Origin: Chrysomallon squamiferum
Lineage: Eukaryota > Animalia > Mollusca
Assembly (NCBI GenBank): GCA_012295275.1
Contig: CM022665.1
Coordinates: 1,860,001-1,924,000, forward strand
DNA length: 64,000 nucleotides
Reading direction: 5' to 3'
Shown here: positions 27,834 through 40,301 of the stretch, piece after piece
Layout: every line of letters begins with the position of its first letter
Position numbering within the stretch: position 1 is the stretch's first letter
The notes under the pieces: model-generated
What the model saw: only the letters and a program-made list of their open reading frames with translations
Told to the model about the DNA's origin: nothing
Databases searched by the model: none
Made by a program: the position numbers and the translations under genes

Positions 27834-28501
27834 GTTTAAAAAATGAAATGTTCATTTAAGATAAGTAATTAAGTTATTGTGACAAAACATCAGAATTTTG
27901 AAACTCTGAAAGTTAAAATACATGAATCAAAAATGTTATTAAACAGTTAAAATTAGTAAGTATGTATGTAGGTGTATTGAATACACTGGTGATAATAAAA
28001 GTCATAGATACAGAATAACATATGGCAACAATGCAAATAACAATCCACTTTATTCAGGTGAAAAATCTAATTTAATAATCTATAAATTCTGATAATCTGC
28101 TGAATATTTAGAAATAAACAGAGAAACACACACATACACACATGTATGTACATGCATATGTTACTGAAATCCACTAGAATATGTTGTGTGATACAACTGT
28201 TAATTTTTGTATTAGGAAAAAAAAAACAAGAAGAAAAGGTTGAATAGATTAATTCCAAAAGCTTACTTAATTTCTCATTAAGTTTAAACATGCATATAAT
28301 TATAACAAATTTAACACTAACATTGGCAAAAATGATATGTTCAAGAATGTGATATAACTAATAGTTGTTTATTTATATTTTATTTCTGAAATTAAAATTC
28401 CAAAACCTTTTTCTTTAAAGAATAACTTTATTTGCTTTATTACAGTTTTGAAAATAATTTTCAGTTTATTTTAATATATTTAAAGTTTCAGTTTATAACA
28501 C

Positions 28502-28505
<4 letters not shown>

Positions 28506-28568
<63 letters not shown>
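28506..28568. repeat. (TA)n microsatellite
   Basis: Directly visible. Confidence 0.95.
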
Positions 28569-28571
<3 letters not shown>

Positions 28572-29573
28572 TTTTTTTAAAATATTATCTGCAATGAAAT
28601 TATAAATCACTGTTTTAGGGTATTGTTTTTTTATGCTTTTTTGCACTTGTGTCTGTATGATTATCAATATTTTGACAGTAAACTATTTTATATTAAATGA
28701 CACTGGTTGTTTTTAAATAATGATCCAGCATGCAGAAATGATTCTTTTTTTCTTCTTCTAGTTTTTTTTTTTTTTTTTTTTTTAAATTTATTTATTTATT
28801 TATTATCATTATCATTTTTATTTACATCATTTTGTAAATATTTAAGAGGGATACACTTGACGAGCGCCGTATATATTTGCCAATTGATGTAGGTTTATTT
28901 TGTTTTTGTTTTAAAGAAACAACTACGGTGATTAAACTATATTAAATTATATATATATTTTTTAATTATCTATGATGAATAACGACTTCTCAGTATTGTT
29001 TCATATATAATGATCAAGTTTGAAAAATGAAACCACAAAAACCACGTACCACAATCTCTACTACAAGAATTATAGAACAAACTCGGAATAGCTTATCGCT
29101 TACATTTGATCCTAGAACTCCCTCTGCTGACTTAAAAACAAAACTGTGTGGAAATTTTGAGCCAAGCAAGAATCAATTCTCATTTGTGCTTTTATCTGGG
29201 TTAAATTTCGGGTCAAAGATTCCCATATGCCAACACTTTTTGTACGTATATGCAAAATTATTTTGGAAATTACTTTTTTTTTTTTTTTTTTTTTTTATTT
29301 TTATTTTTCTTTATATTTTTTAACTGTTCATAATTCTGAACCCCACCTATTTCGCAACCCTGACACTATTCTGTTAAGATGTCACTTTTATCAATGGCGA
29401 TATTCGGCCAGTGTTTTGATGTTTATAACGACGCAAGAACCTTGGAGACTCAAGTTTTTGTGTTTGGCTTAAATTGCTTGTAATAAGCACATTCGATCAG
29501 TCCTGTTTTTATTCCTTACGACTGTTGTCAACAACACAAATACCCTGCAATCCCAGCAGTCAGTGTGTCCACG

Positions 29574-29999
29574 ATGTCTTGCGGGGGAGACAATTCAGTA
29601 GAACTATCAAGTAAGTAATTAACTGATAAACGTTTTCCGATATGTCAGGAAGCAGAGCACTGTAACATTGTGTCAATATTTCTGATTTTTGTTTGTTATA
29701 ACAAATTGATCATTAATATGTTTATCACTCTTTGTCATAAAGTAAAAACACAGGGCCGTTGGTATAATTAAATAGATTAATGAATGTTTAATGAAAAGAT
29801 GTAGGCTATTTGCTGAATATGGTTGAACTGAAATGGTTAACCATGATGCGAAAAAAAGAACTAACATTAATATTGCACTTTTTTAATTTAATTTTTTTAA
29901 AATGTATATATATATATACACACACACACAAACACATAGACACACATACACACGCACACACACATATATATATACACACGCGATCTTAAACATTTTCGT

Positions 30000-30039
<40 letters not shown>

Positions 30040-30169
30040 ACATGCCTAAATGAAAGGACTGAAGAAGCAGCCAAAAATCAAAGGCATTAATCATGAGTAT
30101 TTTTTCTTCTATTTGATTATTATTATTATTTTATTATTATTTCTTCTTTTTCTTCTTCTTCTTCTTCTT

Positions 30170-30200
<31 letters not shown>

Positions 30201-33200
30201 TTATTATTATTATTGTTATTACTATTACTATTACTATTACATCATGTAACTGAATTGTAATACAGGGTAAACGAAAAAAAAGAAAAAGAAAAGACAAACT
30301 TTGTTATTCATTCAACAGTTTTATAAAGTATTATAAAAATATCCCACATCACTTGGAAAAACCAAAACAAACAAATGTAGCAGTTTGGCATTTGGGAAGA
30401 AATAAAAATAAATAAATGAAATATTATGCAGTTTTTAATTATACACACATATGTATATACTTTTTTTAATACCTTTTTAGCAAATGCTGCAAGATGCAAG
30501 TATGGTTACATGAGGAAATTTAATAGTAAGTATATATCATATTATAATAATTCACTATTTTAATTTATGATTTTTTCTTCTCTCTCTCTCTCTTTTGCTG
30601 TAATTTTATTGAAACTAAGCATTCTGGGATTACCATTGGCACTGTCAAATAATCAGTATTATTAATCCTGACAGTAACTATTATTAAAATAAATGTACAG
30701 ATTGTTTTTGTTTTTTGGTCACAGCATCATATATGTTTAAAGCTTTTCAGTTTAATTCGTGTGTGTTATACATTTCATAGAATAACGTGATGAGAAACAT
30801 CAAGTACGCATTAATGATGAAACTACATCACAAAGACGCTTTGACCCTATATCTCTCCATTACAAAATAACAGAACAGAGATTGAATTGCGAAATATCAA
30901 AATATAATAACAACACATTTCGAGCAGGACACGTATTTACTGAAACGGTATTTTTATCTCAGTAACTGAAATTAGACCATTCAGCAATTATAAGTATTAC
31001 AATGAAAAATACGTACATTGAAAATGAGTATTTTGCTACGTCACATTCAATAGAGTTTATATTCCACTAGGCAACGTCACGTCGGCTGTTATTGAATAGA
31101 ATCAATATTGACTTTGACGTCACTGATATAGGTTTAGTTATACATATATTAATAAAACAGCTTAATGGACAATAATGGCTTTCACTTGTGACCTAATGCA
31201 CTTTCTGTTTGAAGTAAGGCGTACGTGTATTCTACGTATTTGAATGTGTGGTTTATATAGACTAACACAAACAACAAAAAGAAAGACGAAAGAAAATAAA
31301 ATAAGAAAGAAAAGAAAAGAAAAGAGTATAAAAAAAAAAAAAGAAGAACTTCAACAACATATTAGAATGAATACATGTATTAGTATGCGTGTGTCTTTTA
31401 TATACGCTAGATTTGTGAAAATACAGAGACATATGCGACTGAACTCTGTAATTATTGGCTAAGAGTGCGAATGATCAACGTAAGTGGCTTCCTGTTATGC
31501 AGAGAATTTTGTCTCTCGTAATTTTCTCAGACAACATAACCTAGCTTATAACAGTTAACACACATCAAATGTGCTGTCGCATATATGAACACATGCTATG
31601 GATCTCTACTATTTACTTAATATTTCAGTATATGACTTCACAAGATCGTTATATCTTTGAAGAAAATACTACATTTAATTACTTTAGAGCCTCAGTAAAA
31701 AGAGTAACGTTATCCTGTTAACAAATATTAATATGAACATACATCTTAAAATTAATACATTAAAAAAAGAGGAAAATTTGAAGAGAACAAACAACTATGT
31801 AATAAATATATGAATAAATAAAAAAAGAAAGAAAAACGTTTCACTTCTTGATTGTTTCAGAGGGTACGTTTTCCAAGAGCTGGGAATTAGAACTATTTGT
31901 TTTGTTTCAAGACAGCACATTGGCATGGTATAAGAATGAAAGCAGTTTTCAGCCAAAAGGATATGTTTTTCTTCAGGTAAAGAATTGTGACTTAATTTCT
32001 TTCTATTTATTTATTTATTTATTTATTTATTACTGGTGAAATATTTACAGTTTATATTTTAGTGGATATATATATATAACATGATTTGGTTAAATTTGAT
32101 GTTATTTTATGTAAAATGTTTGATTTGACAGGACGTCTGTCAGTTTCTTGCTGTTGGAATGGTCTGCAGGCAGGTTCCAAATCGGCCGGAACTACCACCA
32201 GATGGAACTCTTGACTGTTTAATAGGAATCCCCAAGAAAGCCAGCAAGAGCGCTGAAATGGTGTGGGCCCTGTGCTCCAGTCAAGAAGAATTAAAGTAAA
32301 CTTTTATTATCACTGAATTATTCCTTTATTGTACATTTTACTTCAGAATATAAATCTCATTAGCAGATATGGTGTTTCGTGCTGGGGTGTTGTTAAACAT
32401 TAATTCATTCAGAATATAAATAGAATGACCCAGAGGTTAAAGACCCTGAAAGTAAATTTACATTTAAGCACAAAACATTTATTAAGGAAAGATCATCGAC
32501 TGCTTAGAACACAACCCTAATGTACATGTGCACACACACATACAAATATATAAACATGATTTTATTGTCGAAGTGTCCATTATTTGCTAAACTGTGAAGT
32601 ACGAGTAAAGCACACTCATATTTTTTACAAATTAAAATTTTAAGTATTTTACGCTGTAAGACTTGTTCCTTCCATACTTGACTAACTTTAATTAATAATG
32701 TACCTTTTTTTTCTCTTATTTATTTTTTTATTATTTTTTTTTTTGCGTTAAATAAGAGTGTTTTTGGCACAATGTTTATTGTTTAACTATCGTAAATAGG
32801 TTTTATTATTACTATTATTGACAATTCTGCATGGCTGAATTTGAAAAGATCTCATTTGGAGTACTGTACTTTTGACCAAAATAGCTTAACGCTTCATGTA
32901 TTTGGTTAGTTTACAGTTACAATATGACCTGCTTCTGTTGTTTCCAGGGGAAATTTAAAGAAAAAAAAATAATTAAAAAAATGCTTTCAGTTAATCTTTG
33001 TCACAAACACTGAGATGACACAAGTTATAAACCTTTACATATGTGACAAAAATTAAAAAAAAAAAAAAAAAAAAACCCATAAATTTCCAAAACCACATCG
33101 CAAGCCCATTCCTATTTAATCAGGATATAGTTATAATGAACGAGTCTAGTTTCCAAATATACAGGTCACCGAATTCAAACCCTCAGTATTTGTCTTTCAC

Positions 33201-34272
33201 ATTGTTAATGTATAGTTGAGCGAGTCGGTCACTGGCTTCTGTATGAGATTAACTCTTCTTTAAAAGGTTGCAAAATCAAACATTGTAGAAGTTGCAAAAT
33301 CGAAAATTAACAGAATATCGTTACACGTTAAAAGAATACCAACTATCTTTAACGTGTCCTTGACAGCCATGCTTTAACGTACGCTAATAAACTTCCTCAG
33401 TCTTGCAAATCAACGATTATTACTGAAGTAGCTCTCGGCCTTTTTTTCTTTTGATACTGAACTCTGGAATAAAATCATTTTAATTACTTTTGGAATTCCT
33501 TAAGGGTGAAGTGGTCTGAAATAATATTATCGATTAGGACAAATAAAGGAACATGCAAATTAAAAAAAACGTAACACACGCAAGTACATTAATTAAAATA
33601 AATGAATAAAAGAATAAATATTTAATTTATTTGGTCCGGCCCATTCTGCTCAGGTAACATGATTGCTTTATATCGATCGATAAGATTTGTAAATAACATT
33701 GCAGTGTACTTGATATAAACTGCTTTTAAAAACGTAGACTATGATTATGCAGTACCCAGTATACATTCAAAACCAGCAATCTAAAGAGGGTAGTGTAATT
33801 CATCATTATCATTAAGATTAATATTATTTTGTTGTTGTTATGAAGGAAATGATTAGATTAATTAGAAAAGAGTTTTTGTTTATTACATCTTACAATTAAT
33901 ACAAATACACACACACACACGAACACACACAACCACACACACACACAACGTACCGATATTGTATGTATGTATGTATGTATACACACAAACACACACTAGT
34001 ATTTTTTGCTATTTGTAGAGAATGGATGCAAGCCATGTCGGCAGTAGTAAGTATTTTATATTATCTGCATTCCTTTTCTTTTTTCAATTTTACAAATAGT
34101 GTATAAAATAAATACATCATCATGTTAACGAATTTAAGTATAATATTTAGTGCTAGGTTTGTAAGTATGACTGTCTCAGGGGGTGGTTGGTTTGTGACCA
34201 CTGATCTATAATTTGAACTTGGAAAAGATTGGCAAATACCCAAAGCACCCCTTTTCCTGGGTTATTCATAAT

Positions 34273-34306
<34 letters not shown>

Positions 34307-35646
34307 ATTATGAATAACCCAGTAAAAGGGTTATAAATATGTATATATATATATATAAAAAAAATTTTAAAAACAGTAACAGAAAAAGTAGGAGATTGGG
34401 CCAGTTGGGAATCTGTATTATTATGATTATGTTACTGAAATGTCATTTTTATTGTACCTTTTTTTTTTTAGATTCAGCAGCCACCTCAACAACAGCAACA
34501 GTTGCCACCGCAGCCTTCAAATAGCGCAGTGCCACAGCAACAACAGATACCTCAGTCTACAGTAGCTGCTGCTCGGTACCCACAAGGTGAAAAATACTTG
34601 ACTGACAGATAACTAATTATCAGTGCAAGGGGCGAGGGGTACTTTAAGAGAAAGAGAGAATGTTAGAAAGGCTGTAAATATCTTGTTTTTACGTTTCATA
34701 ATCCCAGTTAATCGAGCATTTTCTGTTTTCTGACAACAGGCAAGCCACACAAACCACAGAAGGTTCGCTACTCAGGAAATCAGAGAGATAATTCATCTCA
34801 CACCGTCATCATTAAAGAGAGACGTCGTTCGAGTGGCAGCAGTGGCGACTTTGCAGCTGGTAGGTATCAATGACGAGACTGTATTTATATTCTGATGTTA
34901 CTTTGATGAAATAATTACCATGTTACTTAACAATTCTAATGCGATAAGACGTAATAATAGTGCTTCTCGTTTGACCAAATGCTGGAGATGACTCGGCATA
35001 ATAGTGATTCACTTTATTATTTTAATCTATCTGTCTGTTGTACATACGCATATAAATTTGTTTTGCAGGCCTCCTCCTTGGCACCGCTTTGAGTGGAGGT
35101 CACATAGGTCCACACTTCGGTTTTGGTCGTGGATGGGGCGGTGACTATTTTGATCACAGATGGGACCACCATCATGGTTATTACGACAATGGACCTGATG
35201 TTCACATAGAAAATAATTACTATTCAAACACCACAAATATTGAAAACACGAACATTAATGAAACTAATGTTGAAAATAATATTGATAGTGAAATTGCTGA
35301 TGAGCAAGTAAATGACGAAGAAGCTATTGAAGGTGACGTAGCTGAAGAGGGTGAGCCAACAGAGGCAGGCGAACCACCTGAGGAAGAATGCGAGCCTCCT
35401 GAGGAAGAATGCGAGCCTCCTGAAGAAGAATGCGAGCCTCCTGAAGAGGAATGCGAACCACCCGAAGAGGAATGCGAACCTCCCGAAGAGGAATGCGAGC
35501 CTCCCGAAGAAGAATGCGAGCCTCCTGAAGAGGAATGCGAGCCTCCTGAAGAAGAATGCGAGCCTCCCGAGGAAGAATGCGAACCACCTGAAGAGGAATG
35601 CGAACCACCTGAAGAGGAATGCGAGCCACCTGAAGAGGAATGCTAA
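29574..35646 (+). CDS. PH-domain protein, evectin/PLEKHB-like, paralog 2 with (EPPEEEC)13 tail
   Basis: Exons 29574-29610, 30481-30525, 31861-31976, 32132-32295, 34019-34046, 34472-34586, 34740-34859, 35069-35646. Exon phases, and the lengths of exons 1-5 (37, 45, 116, 164, 28 nt), are identical to paralog 1. Confidence 0.85.
34249..34330. repeat. Palindrome centred on (TA)n
   Basis: CCCTTTTCCTGGGTTATTCATAATCTTA-(TA)n-TAAGATTATGAATAACCCAGTAAAAGGG; one mismatch. Confidence 0.9.
35371..35643 (+). repeat. Coding 21-bp minisatellite, 13 copies (EPPEEEC)
   Basis: 273 nt = 13 x 21. Only synonymous variation between units. Confidence 0.95.
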
Positions 35647-36346
35647 AAATGACTACAGAAGTGGGAAACGTTTTAAACAAACAATGCGACTTTCCTATGG
35701 AAAAGACGAAACATTTTATGACCTGTTATTTTAGAGAAAACGCTTCTGCAGTCGCATCCAAACAACCGAATATTTCCTTGTCAAACCAATTTCTAAATGC
35801 TAAATCTGTGATATTTATATAATGTTGAATTTTTTTATTGTTATTATTTTTTAAACAGTAATAAAAAGTCAAACGTAACATATGATCTTCTATCAGTATT
35901 ATAACGATTACCTCAGCATTCAAATATTATCATCTTTCTTTGTTCAATGCATTAATCGTTCAAAATTATCAAAATATAAAGTTGAGAAGTAAAACGTAAT
36001 AGTAGTAATAATAATGATTATGATGACGGTGATTATGATGATATTGATGATGTTGATCTTTCTTTTTATTTATTTACTTGTTTTTATTTTTATTATTTTA
36101 TTTTATTTTATTTTATTTATTTTTTTTGCGCTTCAGTTAAATCCAGATAGTGTTTTCTAAAATGACATCGATACTTACCATAGCACTGAACGATTTCATT
36201 CAGTGACATAATTTTCAAATGTGTTTTATTTCTCACCTGTTTTGAAAGTTGTAAATATTTTTTATTTGCTTTGTGTTTATTAAAACATTAATCAAATATG
36301 TATCTGTTATTAATAAACATTTTAATGAATATTTATAATAATAAAT

Positions 36347-36350
<4 letters not shown>

Positions 36351-36418
<68 letters not shown>
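36351..36418. repeat. (AG)n microsatellite
   Basis: Directly visible. Similar tracts at 41161-41259 and 61393-61451. Confidence 0.95.
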
Positions 36419-36419
<1 letters not shown>

Positions 36420-37683
36420 CAGGAAAATAAAATAAATCAACACTGAATAAAGAAAAAATGTGATTGGTTTTAGCGCTGGTGACTGAATAATTGGTTTATT
36501 ATGTTGACAAACCAAAAATAGTGTGTTCTCTCTGGCAACGAAATAATCTACGAAAAACTATATTAGATACATAACAGACTCTAATTAAATAATGTATTGA
36601 CATCTCTTTATTCAATATGTATTTCTTTTTCTTTTTTTAATTACTTTTTTATCTTGTTTCTTTTCCTTTTCTATTTCCTTTTTTTTATATTTTTTTTTTC
36701 TCTCTCTCTCTTTCTTTCTTTTTAAAAAATAATTATTACTTATTTTTATTACTTTTAGCCCGTGAACACGGCAGCTCTGAGTTCTGTTAACAATGAGAGA
36801 CATCAATAAAAACCATTCACGACAGCTGACATTCATACTTACAGCGTCATCTTGCTGACGATGTTTATTCTCACTGAATCGGTTTATTGAACGTACATCG
36901 ATTTATTCTGTAACTAACAACGCTGAAATATTTATTTAGTCTTTTTATCATGGGGTTTTTTTTGGGGGGGGGTGAGAAAACTCGCTGATTTACCATTAAG
37001 ATTTTATATTTATATTTTTTTTTAACTCCAAGTTATAAAAACCTAAAATAAATAAACTATTGTTTTATGCTGAGCTATTTAAATAATATGGCTCAGAACT
37101 TAAAAATAAGATTCTGAAAAAAAGAAAAAAAAGAAAAAAAAAAGGAACCGTTTGAATTCAGATTTTGAAAACACACACATCCCTGCAATTTGTTACTGTG
37201 TGTATGTACATTCATAAGGAATGTGTTTGCATCTGTATATATATGTGCATGGTTACGTACATGCCAGTGAGTGTGTTGTGTGTTACAGCTTTAAATAACG
37301 TCCGAATATAGATTTAACCCAGATCAAAAGGTTCGGTCAAGGACAGTTAACGATCTGGACAGTATGAATTGCCAAACCTGAAAAATAATCCTATTATTTT
37401 GAAGTAGATCAATATTCGTTAAAAGTATTCAGTGGTGCTACCCCTATTATAAAAAGCAAACTTAAGGACAATTCAGAGCTAAATATGTTTAGTAATTATT
37501 TTAACAGCAGGCACTATGACGTAGATCTACAATTACCTAAGTGTATTCTACGCCGCAGCGAATATCTGTTTGGATTTTCCTTTGACAACGTACGTTACCA
37601 GTGTTGTATAAACACTTTTAATAGTATCCATGTAAATAAAACAGGTATTCACTTTACCGGGACTAAAAATATATGTATGTACT

Positions 37684-37744
<61 letters not shown>

Positions 37745-38082
37745 AATTACTGACAAATTGTATGTGTATATGTATGTTCGTTTGTATGTGTGTATGTGAT
37801 AATGGTTTATGAAATATATAAGAACTTTCCACGTTTAGATATTTGTGCCAACATCAAACCATATAATTCCATTCCCAAAAATCTAAGGGCTGGGGGAGTT
37901 CATAATTAAGTAAATACATTACATATCAGAGACATGTCCCACTCTAAGAATTTCGGGTAAGAGTGTGTAGACCTGCGTAGGCTTATCATTTTAATTTATT
38001 TACTGATTATTAATCATGTTGTGAAAAATTTAGGCTGGGGTCATGTGGAAAGATTTCTAGAAGTCGTGACTTTTTATTATGA

Positions 38083-38126
<44 letters not shown>

Positions 38127-38479
38127 GTAATAATAGTAATAATAATAATAATAATAATAACAACAATAATAATAATAATAATTTGTATTTATTTATTTAT
38201 TTATTTATTTATTTGTATTGTTATTACTGTTATCAGAAACGGAAAAATACTGGTGTAAATAAAATATTTATTATTATTATTATTTTTTAAATCATTTTAT
38301 TTAATAAATATTTCAGACAAAACTCATTATTTTTCTGTCTACTGTTATTCTGGAGAACATATAGCTTAGTGGTTAGATTGTAGCGCAGAAAGGTTGTTAA
38401 TATTATTATAAGAACAGTTAAGTAGAAATAAATATAAATAACGTTAAAAAATAAATAAAAAAATAGAAAAATAATAATA

Positions 38480-38576
38480 AAAACTGGACAGCGTCCGTGG
38501 TTCTGTGGGATCGAACCCACTTCAGTTCAAATGCTTGGTATGCTTTAACGAAGTAACCACTGGACAATAGCCAGTC
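38480..38576 (-). ncRNA. Vault RNA-like Pol III gene, copy 1
   Basis: GACUGGCUAUUGUCCAGUGGUUACUUCGUUAAAGCAUACCAAGCAUUUGAACUGAAGUGGGUUCGAUCCCACAGAACCACGGACGCUGUCCAGUUUU(U). A-box, B-box GGTTCGATCC, T5 terminator, 5'/3' panhandle stem. Confidence 0.8.
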
Positions 38577-39192
38577 CTGATTATAGCCTCGTATTTAACG
38601 TATTAGTGTATATTGTTAATTGTTTCATGTACAGGTGTCAGTTTTGACCAGTAGTAGCTGTAAGTCAGAGTAGCACAGACGTACTCGTTTGTAGGTGGGC
38701 GTGGGGTGGGGGGTTGCGGTTTGTAAAGTATTTGACCACAGTTTGTAGATCTAGCTTCTTCTTAATTCGCAACTAGTGTGCTATCTCAATTCTAATAAAA
38801 TAACAATGGTCTAATCATGTCAGTTGTATTTTACATATGAGCAACAATACAATAACACTTTTTTTTTAATTTTAATTTTTTTTTAAATTTTTTTTTTAAA
38901 CATTCTATTTAATAAATATTTCAGACAAAACTCATTATTTTTCTGTCTACTGTGATTCTGGAGAACATATAGCTTAGTGGTTAGATTGTAGCGCAGAAAG
39001 GTGCCGTTATTTTCCGTTCCAGCAAAATACCTTTCTGTTGTAAGTGTGAACAATGAGCGTCATCTCTCATTATTACGTATGCAAAATCTGACACGTGACG
39101 TTGTTAATATTATTCTAAGAAAAATTAAGTAGTAATAAATATAAATAGTTCAAATTAAGAAAGAAAGGAGAAAAAAAAAAAATAATAATAAT

Positions 39193-39294
39193 AAAAACTG
39201 GACAGCGTCTGTGGTTCTGTGGGATCGAACCCACTTCAGTTCAAATGCTTGGTATGCTTTTTCTAACGAAGTAACCACTGGACAATAGCCAGTC
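39193..39294 (-). ncRNA. Vault RNA-like Pol III gene, copy 2
   Basis: As copy 1, with a 4-nt insertion in the central variable loop and one G>A change in the 3' stem strand. Confidence 0.78.
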
Positions 39295-40203
39295 CTGATT
39301 ATAGCCTCGTATTTAACGCATTAGTGTATATTGTTAATTGTTTCATGTACAGGTGTCAGTTTTGACCAGTAGTAGCTGTAAGTCAGAGTAGCACAGACGT
39401 ACTCGCTTGAAGGTGGGCGTGGGGTGGGGGGTTGCGGTTTGTAAAGTATTTGACCACCGTTTGTAGATCTAGCTTCTTCTTAATTTCAATACGTTTTTTA
39501 TTATAATTATTATTATTTTTCATTGCTTGAACAAACGTCGATTTATTTTTGTAACTATTTATCAGAGTATTTATACTTTGCGAAATTACTGTGCTAAAAG
39601 ATATTGAAAAAATAATAATACTAAAAATAAATAATAAGATAACAAATATCTTTAAATAGTTTAGTGGTGGGTTGAGTTATGCACATTATTTAATAAATAT
39701 AATTCACGTATAATGTTACAATACATCCCAATATTTAGAAAAATTATTTGAAAACAATTAGAAACATTTCTGCTCAGTTCGCAACTAGTGTGCTATCTCA
39801 ATACTAATAAAATAACAATGGTCTAATCATGTCAGTTGTATTATGCGTATGAGCAACAATACAATAATAATTTTTTATTTATTTATTTATTTATTTATTT
39901 TAAACATTCTATTTAATAAATATTTCAGACAAAACTCATTATTTTTCTGGCTACTGTTATTCTGGAGAACATATAGCTTAGTGGTTAGATTGTAGCGCAG
40001 AAAGGTGCCGTTATTTTCCGTTCCAGCAAAATACCTTTCTGTTGTAAGTGTGAGCAATGAGCGTCATCTCTCATTATTACGTATGCAAAATCTGACACGT
40101 GACGTTAATATTATTCTAAGAAAAATTAAGTAGTAATAAATATAAATAATTCATATAAAATAAGGTTAATAAATAAATAAATAAATAAATGCAAATAAAA
40201 ATA

Positions 40204-40301
40204 AAAAACTAGACAGCGTCCGTGGTTCTGTGGGATCGAACCCACTTCAGTTCAAATGCTTGGTATGCTTTAACGAAGTAACCACTGGACAATAGCCAGT
40301 C
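40204..40301 (-). ncRNA. Vault RNA-like Pol III gene, copy 3
   Basis: As copy 1, with one C>U change in the terminal stem (G-C becomes G.U); T6 terminator. Confidence 0.78.

Noticed and set aside
35324-35734. Overlapping repeat ORFs in other frames and on the minus strand
   Set aside because: By-products of the 21-bp repeat. Only the EPPEEEC frame is continuous with the spliced gene and shows purely synonymous variation.
38480-38576. tRNA gene or tRNA-derived SINE head
   Set aside because: A and B boxes are present, but I cannot fold an anticodon arm or a 7-bp acceptor stem. The ends form a long panhandle, and the unit stops at oligo-T with no SINE body or tail. Vault RNA fits better.
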